From: Bacillota bacterium
GTDB lineage: Bacteria > Bacillota > Ch66 > Ch109
Direction: 5' to 3'
Assembly: GCA_050952625.1 (NCBI GenBank)
Contig: JBMNLH010000001.1
Span: 928,001 to 992,000 of the forward strand
DNA: 64,000 nucleotides
In this document: piece after piece, positions 32,842 through 41,647 of the stretch
How positions within the stretch are numbered: position 1 is the first letter of the stretch
Layout: each line of letters starts with the position of its first letter
Made by a program: the position numbers and the translations under genes
The notes under the pieces: generated by a model
What the model saw: only the letters and a program-made list of their open reading frames with translations
The model's database searches: none
Told to the model about the DNA's origin: nothing

Positions 32842-33504
32842 ATGGCTATTACTTGTTTCGACCCGACCGGTAATTGTGGAGATTGTTGTACTATATTTAA
32901 CAATCCTGAACTTAGAGCAAAGTTTGGAATTCTGAATCAAGAAGCCTTTTGTCACTGCCGGGATATCTGTGCCCATGAAGTCCGTCTCATTTGTGCTAAA
33001 CCGGTTGATTTTAGCATTCCGATTCCAGCCGTAGCGGACGGTTTGGGGCCCGGTTGCCGTGGAGAAAGGATCCCGTTGAATCCGGATGGCGGTTGCAATA
33101 TTGTGGTTACCTGTGCGGATGAGAGACTAGGGGAAAACTGTGACCGGGTATTTATCAATGTCGGGTTCCAGATAATCCTGAGCACAATCACCGGCACCTT
33201 AATGATTCAGCGAAACCTTCCCCTTGAGTGTACAGAGTTTTTTCCTTTCCCGGATGGAGGCGGTCCGATCAGTGGAGCGGCTCTCAGGGAAAGATTAAGA
33301 GAAATTGATGGCTCTTGTATTGTTGTCCAACTCCAGTGTGAAGTTCTAGATTCTGGTAATCCTCGGGTGCGGGTCTTTGGCAATGTGGTCGATAAACTGT
33401 GGAAGGAAGAAAACCTGTGGGTTCAAGCCATACGGCCATATCGTGGAATTACGGTTTCACAGAAATTCCCGGAGCCGCATGAAATCGGCCCCTGTCCGGT
33501 GTAG
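32842..33504 (+). CDS. Cysteine-rich hypothetical protein (possible spore coat/exosporium)
   Basis: AAGGAGG RBS, 16 Cys in 220 aa, own terminator. Confidence 0.7.
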   Translation: MAITCFDPTGNCGDCCTIFNNPELRAKFGILNQEAFCHCRDICAHEVRLICAKPVDFSIPIPAVADGLGPGCRGERIPLNPDGGCNIVVTCADERLGENCDRVFINVGFQIILSTITGTLMIQRNLPLECTEFFPFPDGGGPISGAALRERLREIDGSCIVVQLQCEVLDSGNPRVRVFGNVVDKLWKEENLWVQAIRPYRGITVSQKFPEPHEIGPCPV

Positions 33505-33618
33505 AAGGTTAATTAAATCGACATTAGCCGGGAATCTGAATCTGGATCAGAATTGACAGATATTTACCGGTTCATCTAGCATTTTTTAAAATAAACAGTA
33601 ATAATTGAGAATAAGAGC

Positions 33619-33646
33619 GAGCGGGCCTTTAATGACCCGCTCTTTT
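33619..33646 (+). terminator. Intrinsic terminator
   Basis: GAGCGGG...CCCGCTC followed by TTTT. Confidence 0.75.
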
Positions 33647-33739
33647 GTACTAAACTAGATAATTACGGTCGTTTTTTACTCTGAGTCATTAGGCTTTTTC
33701 ATTTTCTAACGTGTATCTATCTACATGGGATTCAGTAAC

Positions 33740-33779
33740 TAACCACCCATGCCCGTTAGGCACACCACGGATGAAAATA
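33740..33779 (+). repeat. Dispersed repeat, copy 1
   Basis: TAACCACCCATGCCCGTTAGGCACACCACGGATGAAAATA, near-identical to 35379-35419. Confidence 0.8.
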
Positions 33780-33874
33780 GCGGACATTTGTCATCCTGAG
33801 TGCTAGCGAATGATCTTGCTTCTTAGGGTGGAGGATCTCAGATAAAGATATCTGTGTGGTTTTGCCTATGCCGG

Positions 33875-35245
33875 TTAACTGTTGTCAGTCTCAGGATTAT
33901 AGGGTTTAGTGCCGGTGTCACCGTTTTCGATAATTTTTGTACTTTGTGGTCTCTCGTCTTGTTGAACAAAATAATAAGCAGCAGCATTATTTGGTATAGA
34001 ATCAGTTTGGTTATCAGTTATAATCGTGGGTCTGTGCTTCCAAAGAGCAACTGGCGACCTAGAAGTAATAATAGGAGTATCCGAAGGTATAGTCTGGTCT
34101 TCCTCTTCTTGTTTAACGAGATCAGCTATACTATTTTCTATAATTTGGAGACGGGAGACTAGGTTAGCTAGCAAGTCATCGTATTTAGTTTGTATGTTCA
34201 GATCAGCCAAGTCGTTTTCAATTACCTGGAGACGGGAGACTAGGTTAGCTAGCAAGTCATCGTATTTAGTTTGTATATTCAGATCAGTCAAGTCGTTTTC
34301 AATAACCTGGAGGCGAGAGGTTAGGCTAACTAAGTCTTCGGCTTTAGCTCTTTTATCAAGCTCGCTAAATACTAATTCAATAGATTGAAAGTGGTAAATC
34401 ATTTCTTCTAACGGTTTAATAAGGCTGGCTTTAATTTCCAGGGTTTGAAGGCGAGAGATTATATCATCAAGAAGACCTTCATCGTTTTTTCTGTTCATTT
34501 CCGTTAGTTCTTGTTCTAAAGCTTGGAGACGAGATGTCAAATTTTTTAGTAATTCGTTTATTTTCCTGTTTTCTAATTCCTGCTCTATGTTCCAGCTTCG
34601 ATTTTTAACATATTCGGCTTGTTCGCCAGTTAATACGCCTTGTATTTGATCTAGATTAATTGTATCGGGTAGTAAGTAAATTTTAGTATCTTCTGTTTGG
34701 TAAACTAGGTTTTCATTATTTAAAAATTGTTCAAGTTCGGGAATGTCTAGAGGTGGATCACTTGTATCAGGGATTTGATTTGTAATCTCTTCTTGGTCTG
34801 ATTTCGATTTTTTCATATGTTTTTTGCCTCCGTGTTGATTTTTCTTGTTATTATGAAGCTTAGGATTTATCGGTTTTAAACGGTTAGCTTTTGCCTGGGA
34901 GGAGATTTTCCGGTTTTTTACCTTAGACGAGTTTGCAATCCGGGTATCAATTACTTTTGCTTTCGATTCAAGTTCTATCTCGTTAAGCGGTTTAAAAACA
35001 ATAGGTTCAAATTCTACATTTAGAAGTGGTTGATTTTCGATATTTTGGTCAATTAAAGATGAGGGTTTTTCGATAGCAATTATTTGAGGAAGTGCCAAAT
35101 TCCCTACAGCCTTGAACTCTTTAATTATTGATTTATGGACCTTCTCCTCAGTTGGTTTTGATCCAGGTTTTGAGCTTTTAGATTTTTTTTTCCCAATGGG
35201 AAGTCGATGCTGGGCAGATAGTAACGGTTTAACGTTAGGGTCCAT
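33875..35245 (-). CDS. Coiled-coil hypothetical protein with 27-aa SRLQ repeats
   Basis: Long ORF, RBS AAAGGAG, Lys-rich N-terminus, internal repeats. Confidence 0.75.
   Translation of the reverse strand: MDPNVKPLLSAQHRLPIGKKKSKSSKPGSKPTEEKVHKSIIKEFKAVGNLALPQIIAIEKPSSLIDQNIENQPLLNVEFEPIVFKPLNEIELESKAKVIDTRIANSSKVKNRKISSQAKANRLKPINPKLHNNKKNQHGGKKHMKKSKSDQEEITNQIPDTSDPPLDIPELEQFLNNENLVYQTEDTKIYLLPDTINLDQIQGVLTGEQAEYVKNRSWNIEQELENRKINELLKNLTSRLQALEQELTEMNRKNDEGLLDDIISRLQTLEIKASLIKPLEEMIYHFQSIELVFSELDKRAKAEDLVSLTSRLQVIENDLTDLNIQTKYDDLLANLVSRLQVIENDLADLNIQTKYDDLLANLVSRLQIIENSIADLVKQEEEDQTIPSDTPIITSRSPVALWKHRPTIITDNQTDSIPNNAAAYYFVQQDERPQSTKIIENGDTGTKPYNPETDNS
34147..34320. repeat. 81-bp intragenic tandem repeat
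   Basis: GGAGACGGGAGACTAGG at 34147 and 34228, variant at 34309. Confidence 0.9.
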
Positions 35246-35327
35246 AGTATTAACTCCTTTCTGGGCAAAGGTCTCTATTGAATGAATAAAACAAATCCGT
35301 TGTAAATTACGTAAACTAGCTATTGTT

Positions 35328-35354
35328 AATATATGCCTTGAAAGTAAATTTGGT
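35328..35354 (-). promoter_or_regulatory. SigmaK-type promoter for the coiled-coil gene
   Basis: AC-N17-CATATATT. Confidence 0.55.
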
Positions 35355-35378
35355 GAGCTAGTAGGTACATGATTTCGT

Positions 35379-35419
35379 TAACCACCCATGCTCGCTAGGC
35401 ACAACCACGGATGAAAATA
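35379..35419 (+). repeat. Dispersed repeat, copy 2
   Basis: Matches 33740-33779. Confidence 0.8.
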
Positions 35420-35475
35420 ACACAAACTATAAGGAAAGTATTATTTACTTATAGGCATAAAAAGAGGCCCTGTCG

Positions 35476-35580
35476 AGTGAACTCGTTCAGCTTCGCTGAA
35501 CATCGAGGCGTCAGGTGGAGACTCTACTCCACCTGACGTTTGAACAAGAAAACCCCCACTTATAGAAGTAGGGGTCTTTT
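35476..35580. mobile_element. Palindromic MITE-like element with IS200/IS605-type end hairpin, copy 1
   Basis: GTTCAGC/GCTGAAC, CGTCAGGTGGAG/CTCCACCTGACG and ACCCC.ACTT/AAGT.GGGGT hairpins; other copies at 52146 and 57755. Confidence 0.7.
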
Positions 35581-35632
35581 AAACTCAGATAAATTCTCGA
35601 GGACCTGCTTCATCGCAAAGCAAACTCTTTAA

Positions 35633-36631
35633 TTATTCTCGACCATAAGCTTTAGGCAGCCGGCCACTGGTCACTGATTCGGCCCGTAATTGACGACCAA
35701 CGATCCGTTCGACCATTGCTCCCAGATCAAGGAGTTTATCAACGTCTATTCCGGTTTCGATGCCCATTCCATCCAGCATTACCACCAGGTCTTCGGTGCA
35801 GACGAGGCCGGTTCGGCTAGGATCGGAGTAATAGTACTTACCGGTTCCAGATACCGGAACTCCATCGATAAAGTTAGCCGGTTGGCCACCAATACCACCC
35901 AAAGTAGCGTCGAAACAGGCAATCCCTGCCTGCATTGCGGCTAAGACATTAGCCAAGCCCCAGCCTCGGGTAACGTGAAAGTGGGCAACGTGCCTTTCCG
36001 GATGCGGGTCACGGTCCAGGACCTTGGCGAAGTATTCATAAATCTTATCAGGACTGGCCTGACCATCATGGTCAGCGTGGCAGACATCGTCAACTCCCAT
36101 CTTTAACAGCCGGTCGGTAAAGTCTACTGCCCAGTCCATCGGGACCGGACCAGCAATTGGGCAGCCCCAGATGGTACTAACTGTAACTGAGAATTTAATC
36201 CCGGCATCGCGCGAAAGTTGCAACCACTTTTCGATATTGGCCCAGTGTTCGGTAATCGGCCTTCCCGCATTAACCAGGTTGTGAGCCTCACTCGTCGAGA
36301 TAGTCACTGAAATCCGGTCCGGGCCATATCCGGCTTCCTTATCTTTAATTGCGTCCATTACTGCTCGTTCAGTCATGGTTACGACGGTGTATTCCATTCC
36401 GGGAACCCGTTTGATTCGCTTCATCAGTTCATGGGCATCCTTGAATTGAGGCATCCGTTTGGGATTGCCAAAGTTTGATACCTCAATTTTTTTAAAACCG
36501 GCATCAACCAAGGCATCCAGAACATACATCTTGGCATCAGTGGGAATAAACTTCTCTTCGTGTTGGAAACCATCGCGGGCGGTGATGTCACAAACATGGA
36601 CAAACTTGGGCAGATTGGCAAATGGGTTCAT
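35633..36631 (-). CDS. Hydroxymethylglutaryl-CoA lyase-like (DRE-TIM metallolyase)
   Basis: RDGFQHE, HFHVTRG, GGIGG, TEDLV. Confidence 0.88.
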   Translation of the reverse strand: MNPFANLPKFVHVCDITARDGFQHEEKFIPTDAKMYVLDALVDAGFKKIEVSNFGNPKRMPQFKDAHELMKRIKRVPGMEYTVVTMTERAVMDAIKDKEAGYGPDRISVTISTSEAHNLVNAGRPITEHWANIEKWLQLSRDAGIKFSVTVSTIWGCPIAGPVPMDWAVDFTDRLLKMGVDDVCHADHDGQASPDKIYEYFAKVLDRDPHPERHVAHFHVTRGWGLANVLAAMQAGIACFDATLGGIGGQPANFIDGVPVSGTGKYYYSDPSRTGLVCTEDLVVMLDGMGIETGIDVDKLLDLGAMVERIVGRQLRAESVTSGRLPKAYGRE

Positions 36632-36815
36632 GTAATTAAACTCGCTCCTTTCAAGCCTCTCGTGTAAAACTGATTAGGTTTGCGTTTTCCGGCTTATTGC
36701 TTACTGATTCTACAAATAAAGCACTTTTTCCTGCTAGCGGATAGGAAGAGTTGTCAAAGAAGATTGAAAAATCAAGCGGGTAAAACACAGGTATCAATTA
36801 GTTGTTAATTGCAAA

Positions 36816-36839
36816 TAACCCGCCTATACCGGCGGGTTA
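36816..36839. terminator. Hairpin downstream of the sigK 3' half (probable sigK terminator)
   Basis: TAACCCGCC-N6-GGCGGGTTA. Confidence 0.65.
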
Positions 36840-36908
36840 AATTATGATTTAGCAGTAAGGGCAATTCAGTTTTATAATATAATGGACCGAATATTATCAA
36901 ACGAATAA

Positions 36909-37202
36909 TTATGGTTTGTATTTATTGGATGGGGAATCCATTGACAGTTCGCGCATCAGTTTTTGAATGGCTCGCTTCTCAATCCGACTAACATAACTCC
37001 TGGAGATTCCTAACATCCTAGCTATTTCTCGCTGGGTTTTTCGAAAACTGTTAAACAATCCAAAACGTAAGACTAGGACGTTTCTTTCGCGTGGGGATAG
37101 TCGTTTGACTCTTTCACGTAATCGGTCTTCCTCAAAACGTCCCTCTACTGTCTCTTGAACTATCTCCGGTTCAGTGCCTAGAACATCTAGCAGGGTGATT
37201 TC
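36909..37202 (-). CDS. sigK: sigK 3' half (spoIIIC equivalent; regions 3-4), no start codon, missed by the ORF track
   Basis: Hand translation: EITLLDVLGTEPE...LSPRERNVLVLRFGL...KTQREIARMLGISRSYVSRIEKRAIQKL; 97 codons then TAA. Confidence 0.95.
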   Translation of the reverse strand, partial: EITLLDVLGTEPEIVQETVEGRFEEDRLRERVKRLSPRERNVLVLRFGLFNSFRKTQREIARMLGISRSYVSRIEKRAIQKLMRELSMDSPSNKYKP

Positions 37203-37231
37203 GTTAACCTCTCCATGTTATCTATTGTATT
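37180..37231 (-). other. attR-like site (P-GA-B'), core GA at 37202-37201
   Basis: Minus strand ATAGATAACATGGAGAGGTTAAC-GA-AATCACCCTGCTA. Confidence 0.88.
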
Positions 37232-37247
37232 AACCCGAGACAAAAGA

Positions 37248-37510
37248 CTACTTTTTATAAATGTCTCCGCGTGGCCCGATGACCTCAATAATTATTAATT
37301 GATCTTCAATTATAAGGTCATAAATAATCCGTATGTCGCCAATGCGACCCCTGTACTTCTGATTAAAGCCCCGTAACTGCTTAATATTTGTCCGCTGAGG
37401 GGATCAACGGAAATGGCTTCAATTGCAGCCGCAATACGTTTTTGGGTAGCCCTATCAACACGTTTAAGATAGTTGCGAGGCTGAGCTAACAGCTTGACCT
37501 CATAGGTCAA
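37248..37510 (-). pseudogene. RelE/ParE toxin, frameshifted
   Basis: MTYEVKL...RIAAAIEAI..DP, then in a shifted frame IKQLRG...YRGRIGDIRIIYD...IGPRGDIYK. Confidence 0.85.
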
Positions 37511-37877
37511 GTTCTCGTTTGAGCTCATCCCAGCTAACGCCACCTTTCCGACGTTGTTCCTTACTCAAGGCTGCTATTTCATTTTCTGGCCAATCTAAGT
37601 AAATAGTATCTTGGCAGGAAGGGCAGATGAATTCATCATGCCAGGTTTTAGTTTCATCCGTGTTTGGATTATCCAGTAGATCAGCTAACACTAGGGGTGT
37701 GCTGCATGTGGTACAAAACGGGTCAATGTAGAAGGGGCTGCTCCCAGGCCGTGGTATGACCGCACTTTCTGGTTGTACCCTTTCTACTAGTTTTTCAAGA
37801 TACTTTTTGGCTCTCTCTATGTTTTGCTCCGGAAGCCTAGCAACTAGGCGGTAAAGCTCTTCCTTGGGTAAGCTCAT
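37500..37877 (-). CDS. Probable antitoxin with CxxC...CxxC insertion
   Basis: KEELYRLVARLPE N-terminus, GVSWDELKREL C-terminus, overlaps the toxin start. Confidence 0.7.
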   Translation of the reverse strand: MSLPKEELYRLVARLPEQNIERAKKYLEKLVERVQPESAVIPRPGSSPFYIDPFCTTCSTPLVLADLLDNPNTDETKTWHDEFICPSCQDTIYLDWPENEIAALSKEQRRKGGVSWDELKRELDL

Positions 37878-38026
37878 TAAAAATCATCCCTTCTGCTTTT
37901 CCCATTTTTTCTACCTTTCCCACAGTACTTTAGGTAGTTTTACCCCCTTCAACAATTAATCCAGTCTCTGGAGAGTAGCGTACATAATTATATTACCAAT
38001 TAGTTACTATAACTGTAAATTATAAT

Positions 38027-39598
38027 TCATATTAATAGATAAACATTAAGCGTAAAGTTATCAAGCCTTGCGCTTTTTTCTTTATAATACACGGCTTTAT
38101 CTACGATAGTTTTAAGTAGTGTATTTTTCTTTACTACATCGTCGGTGGCTTGGTAAGCGTCCAGGACATGCCGAATGGTCGGGATGATCTGCTGGTGGGT
38201 GCGCTCCCGTTCCTCAATTTCATTTATTTCATCCTGAACCTGTTGCAGAGACTTGCTCGCGGCCTCGATCCTCTCAGTAACAATCTTATTGCGTTCAAGG
38301 TAGGTGGGTATATCATAGACACCCTGTTCCAGAAGGTCCTGGAGGCGTGACTTTTGCTTTTGCAGTTCCTCTAGCTGCCTGGTCAAGTTCTCGATAACCG
38401 AATTAGGTATAAGCGGTTCAGCCGTGGCCGCTATCTCCCGGGCCAGTTGCTCCTGGTTCAGTTCTAAGTTTGCTAACTCTTCCTCCAAGGTTTGCAACAA
38501 CCTTTTTTCAACAAAACTGAAAAGGGACGATTTGTTGTCACATCCTGCATGGATGCATTTACACATATTAGATTTGTGTCCGGACTTTTGTTTATTGGAT
38601 TGTAAAACCATTCGGCGTCCGCATTTGCCACAAACGATCAGACCGGCTAAAGGATTTTTAGGTTTCGTCTTTGTGCGCACAACAGTATTTTTTTTAAGGT
38701 TGTTTTGTGCAGCATAAAAAATATCCTTCTCGATTAAAGGTTCATGCTTCCCTTCTACATCAATCCACTGCTCCCTGGGACGAGCATAACCTATTTTACG
38801 GGATCGATCCCGATATTTCTTTTTCCACTGAATTCGTCCGATATAAACCTCATTGCTAAGTATAAAACGAACAACAGAAGGTTCCCAAACACCTCCTCTA
38901 ACCGGGCTTTTAACCTTCATTTCATTTAATCGATTAGCAATTCTAGTACTGCCAATAGGGTTGCCATCGTTACCATTAACGTACCAGTTATAAATTAGAC
39001 GAACAATTTCAGCATCTTTATTGGGGATCAGGACCTTATCAGGCCCTCGATCGTAGCCAAAAGGGGGACGGGTCCCGATATACTTCCCGTCCTTAACCGC
39101 CATTACCCGACCCCGTTGAAGACGCTTGTTGATAATCTTCAGTTCCCGTCTAGCCATGAAAGCCTCGAATTCGCTCCATTCTTCATCGAGCTCATCATCC
39201 AAGTCATACACCTTCCGAGGGGTAATGATGAGGGTAGAGGAGGCTTTAAACGCCGCCAGAATGGTCCCCTGATCAATCATGTCGCCCCGTCCAAGCCGGT
39301 CCAGATCCATGCATAGGACCGCATCATATTCACCCGCTTCAACTTCATGGAGGAGGCGTTGCATTTCTGGACGGTCTGATATATGTTCGCCACTAACAAT
39401 TTCTTCGAAAATGGATACTACGTTAAGACGGTTGCGCTGGGCCAGTTCGGTAAGAGCTTTGCGATGCTTAGATAAAGTATCACCTTCACCCCGAGATTCA
39501 GCTTCAAAATCTGCCCGGGATTTACGAAGATACATGGCTACTTTATTAAGATCACGAGGAAAATCGGCTGGCAAGATAAACACCCCTGACGATAACAT
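38027..39598 (-). CDS. spoIVCA: Large serine recombinase, SpoIVCA-like (likely start TTG 39574)
   Basis: YLRKSR catalytic Ser, DRLGR, PFGY, Y.G recombinase domain, GLIVCGKCG zinc ribbon, coiled coil; intact. Confidence 0.92.
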   Translation of the reverse strand: MLSSGVFILPADFPRDLNKVAMYLRKSRADFEAESRGEGDTLSKHRKALTELAQRNRLNVVSIFEEIVSGEHISDRPEMQRLLHEVEAGEYDAVLCMDLDRLGRGDMIDQGTILAAFKASSTLIITPRKVYDLDDELDEEWSEFEAFMARRELKIINKRLQRGRVMAVKDGKYIGTRPPFGYDRGPDKVLIPNKDAEIVRLIYNWYVNGNDGNPIGSTRIANRLNEMKVKSPVRGGVWEPSVVRFILSNEVYIGRIQWKKKYRDRSRKIGYARPREQWIDVEGKHEPLIEKDIFYAAQNNLKKNTVVRTKTKPKNPLAGLIVCGKCGRRMVLQSNKQKSGHKSNMCKCIHAGCDNKSSLFSFVEKRLLQTLEEELANLELNQEQLAREIAATAEPLIPNSVIENLTRQLEELQKQKSRLQDLLEQGVYDIPTYLERNKIVTERIEAASKSLQQVQDEINEIEERERTHQQIIPTIRHVLDAYQATDDVVKKNTLLKTIVDKAVYYKEKSARLDNFTLNVYLLI

Positions 39599-39610
39599 CT
39601 TTATCTATTG

Positions 39611-39640
39611 TTATTCGTCGAGGAGAGGGGAATTCCTGCA
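39611..39640 (-). promoter_or_regulatory. SigmaH-type promoter of the recombinase
   Basis: GCAGGAATT-N14-GAATAA. Confidence 0.65.
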
Positions 39641-39641
39641 G

Positions 39642-39836
39642 TTACTTCCTTAACTCCAAGCGTAGCTGAATCAGTACCAACCGCAATTTCCCCATAAGTC
39701 TAATCAATTCCTCCCATAAGCGAAACTGGGTCAACGGGGAGCCAGTAAATGTTTGCTCGTTTGATAACCACCTGGCCAGCCCGAGTGTTCTTTCGACACG
39801 TGGATCGCTAGGTAAAACATCAGTCCTTTTCATCAT
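39642..39836 (-). pseudogene. ImmA/IrrE-like metalloprotease N-terminal remnant
   Basis: LPSDPR...ARWL, then shifted frame NIYWLPVDPVSL; position between integrase and repressor remnant. Confidence 0.45.
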
Positions 39837-40027
39837 AAATTCCTTGAATCCCTAGTAAATAGATTGGAAGTAGAATGTTAGGTTAATTACTAAACTTTAA
39901 TCGATCTCAAATTAGAAGTGCCTATATAAATATAAAAACCTGTCTTTTTATTATCCACAGGTTTTCAGTCGTATATCTATTTAATTTATCTAATCCTGTT
40001 AATTTCTGAATGTTTAATGACATTTTC

Positions 40028-40135
40028 TCACGCTGCCTTATTCACAAGAGCTAGGGCCTTTATCAACTTTTTTCGGTCCCATAATTCAATGTTAGAGTTT
40101 TTGGCTTCTTTCTGAGCCTGTTCAGATAAGCGAGT
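40028..40135 (-). pseudogene. C-terminal remnant of an Mrr-type restriction endonuclease
   Basis: LSEQAQKEAKNSNIELWDRKKLIKAL*. Confidence 0.55.
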
Positions 40136-40180
40136 CTTAATGTTTTTTTCGTTTTCTTGTCAGTCAAGAGAAATCGTGTA

Positions 40181-40372
40181 TTACTTTAACCGCTTAAGAA
40201 TAACGACTTCCTCTTCCTGGGTGGATAAGCGTTTGTCAATTCTTTTGATATCTTCCCAAACGTAACGGAGTTCATTTTTTATTGACGTTACATCTGCTTG
40301 GAGTAACTTTTGGCCTTCGGCCAATGTCTGGAGTTGTTGTAGTACAAGCTCCTGGAATTTCCCGTTATCCAT
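40181..40372 (-). CDS. Small coiled-coil phage-like protein (63 aa)
   Basis: AAAGGAG RBS, MDNGKFQELVLQQL... Confidence 0.6.
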   Translation of the reverse strand: MDNGKFQELVLQQLQTLAEGQKLLQADVTSIKNELRYVWEDIKRIDKRLSTQEEEVVILKRLK

Positions 40373-40409
40373 AGCAATCTCCTTTCTGGTGCCCGATACG
40401 GATCTCAAT

Positions 40410-40470
40410 TTAACGCGGCCAAGGAGATAATCGGGCGATACATTAAAAAAGTCAGCAATAACTAAACATA
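40410..40470 (-). pseudogene. Deletion remnant of an XRE-family repressor
   Basis: RBS plus ATG-TTT-AGT joined out of frame to IADFFNVSPDYLLGR. Confidence 0.6.
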
Positions 40471-40646
40471 GCATCACCTTCCAGTTTATTATACTCACAT
40501 AATGTAAGTAAAACAACGCTCCTCACGTAAGTGAAAATAATTTGAATATGGGGCCCGACTGCTTTCGATCTGTGAGTATAATAACAAATAAAGTTGCTTA
40601 CTAAAAATATCCATGATTGGAGGTAATCACTTACAAAACACACGGT

Positions 40647-40674
40647 TTGTCCTTGACCGACAACTGCATAGATC
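40647..40674 (+). promoter_or_regulatory. Mother-cell-type -10 (CATAGAT) with SpoIIID-like box
   Basis: CATAGATC at 40667; AAGGACAA (WWRRACAR) on the minus strand at 40647-40654; -35 weak. Confidence 0.4.
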
Positions 40675-40693
40675 AGTAGTGGGTGATGCCTTC

Positions 40694-40870
40694 ATGAAAC
40701 CGGAGATTAAGCTGGTCGGCGAAAAGAAAATAGAACGGACAACAATCCGCGTATTCCGTCCAGAGCTAAGTTTTGAAGAGCGAGAGTTTCGAATGAAGTT
40801 ACTGCACACTGCCGTTGCGGACTGCTATCGTTCGTCGACGAATCGGGTAGAGGGTAGCGGCACTAGTTGA
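40694..40870 (+). CDS. 58-aa protein, candidate recombination directionality factor
   Basis: GGGTGA RBS; TTIRVFRPELSFEEREFRMK; small intact gene among decayed ones. Confidence 0.55.
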   Translation: MKPEIKLVGEKKIERTTIRVFRPELSFEEREFRMKLLHTAVADCYRSSTNRVEGSGTS

Positions 40871-40910
40871 GGAGTACAAGATAGGTTGTACTAAGATAAG
40901 AATTTACGAA

Positions 40911-40945
40911 TTAAATTTTATGCATCACTAATGTAGCCTGATTAT
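40911..40945. repeat. Repeat end plus left copy of 12-bp inverted repeat (TAGCCTGATTAT, 40934-40945)
   Basis: Reverse complement ATAATCAGGCTA at 42069-42080. Confidence 0.75.
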
Positions 40946-41145
40946 CTTCTTCAGTACCGACACTTGGCCGGCTCCGAAACTATCAAAAAACCAATTACTC
41001 CCCCTAGAATCAAACTAATAATTGTGTTCTCAATCACGTTTAAACACCCTCTCTTTTTGATTTCACCTTATAAGCCCATCCGGAATAAACTGTAATTAAA
41101 CGCCAGGGTTTTTTCTCCAATTGATTTCCACATTTATCCTTCGAT

Positions 41146-41182
41146 TTGGACAGGCACTAGTTTACGATAACAACCATATTAT
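41146..41182 (+). promoter_or_regulatory. sigK promoter (sigmaK/sigmaE type) with SpoIIID box
   Basis: TTGGACAG (WWRRACAR) at 41146, AC at 41156, 17-nt spacer, CATATTAT at 41175. Confidence 0.75.
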
Positions 41183-41216
41183 GTAGAGCAAGCTCCGCTT
41201 CAAAGGGGGATTAAAT

Positions 41217-41647
41217 GTGTACCTGGATCTTACGACACCCTGGTTATCCTTTTGTTTTCCTGGATTGCTCCTTTTAGTTGGATATATCACTAATCAAACT
41301 TTCCCGCATCCACTGTCCGAAGATCAAGAAACATCATGCCTTCGACGTTTTCGCAATGGCGATGAGGAGGCTAGAAATTTACTTATTGAACATAATCTTC
41401 GGCTCGTCGCGCATATTTTAAAAAAATTTGATGGAACTGGCGAAGATACCGATGATCTTATTTCTATTGGAACCATTGGATTGATTAAAGCAATCAACAC
41501 CTTCGATCCAGATAAAGGTGCTAAACTAGCCACTTATGCTGCCCGTTGCATCGAAAACGAGATCCTAATGCATTTACGAGCATCACGGAAAAATAAAGGT
41601 GAGGTATCCCTATACGATCCTATTGGCACGGATAAAGAAGGTAATGA
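41217..41647 (+). CDS. sigK: sigK 5' half (spoIVCB equivalent) with pro-sequence; reads through to a stop at 41726 in this orientation
   Basis: [67 protein letters not shown]. Confidence 0.96.

Larger units (their letters stand above)
37201..41647. mobile_element. Invertible sigK-intervening element (degenerate prophage/skin derivative)
   Basis: Bounded by inverted att sites; contains recombinase, candidate RDF, phage remnants and the sigK 5' half with promoter. Confidence 0.85.

Noticed and set aside
34147-34320. CRISPR array
   Set aside because: In-frame coding tandem repeat without unique spacers; no cas genes in the window.
40181-40516. 111-aa ORF as a single gene
   Set aside because: It is a chance fusion of a repressor remnant with a separate 63-aa ORF that has its own RBS.
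41642-41644. Crossover at the shared TAA (or at TGCTA) instead of GA
   Set aside because: Only the GA position centres the 9-bp and 5-bp inverted arms symmetrically.
37201-41647. Classical excisable skin or intact prophage
   Set aside because: The att sites are inverted as assembled, and there are no structural or replication genes.
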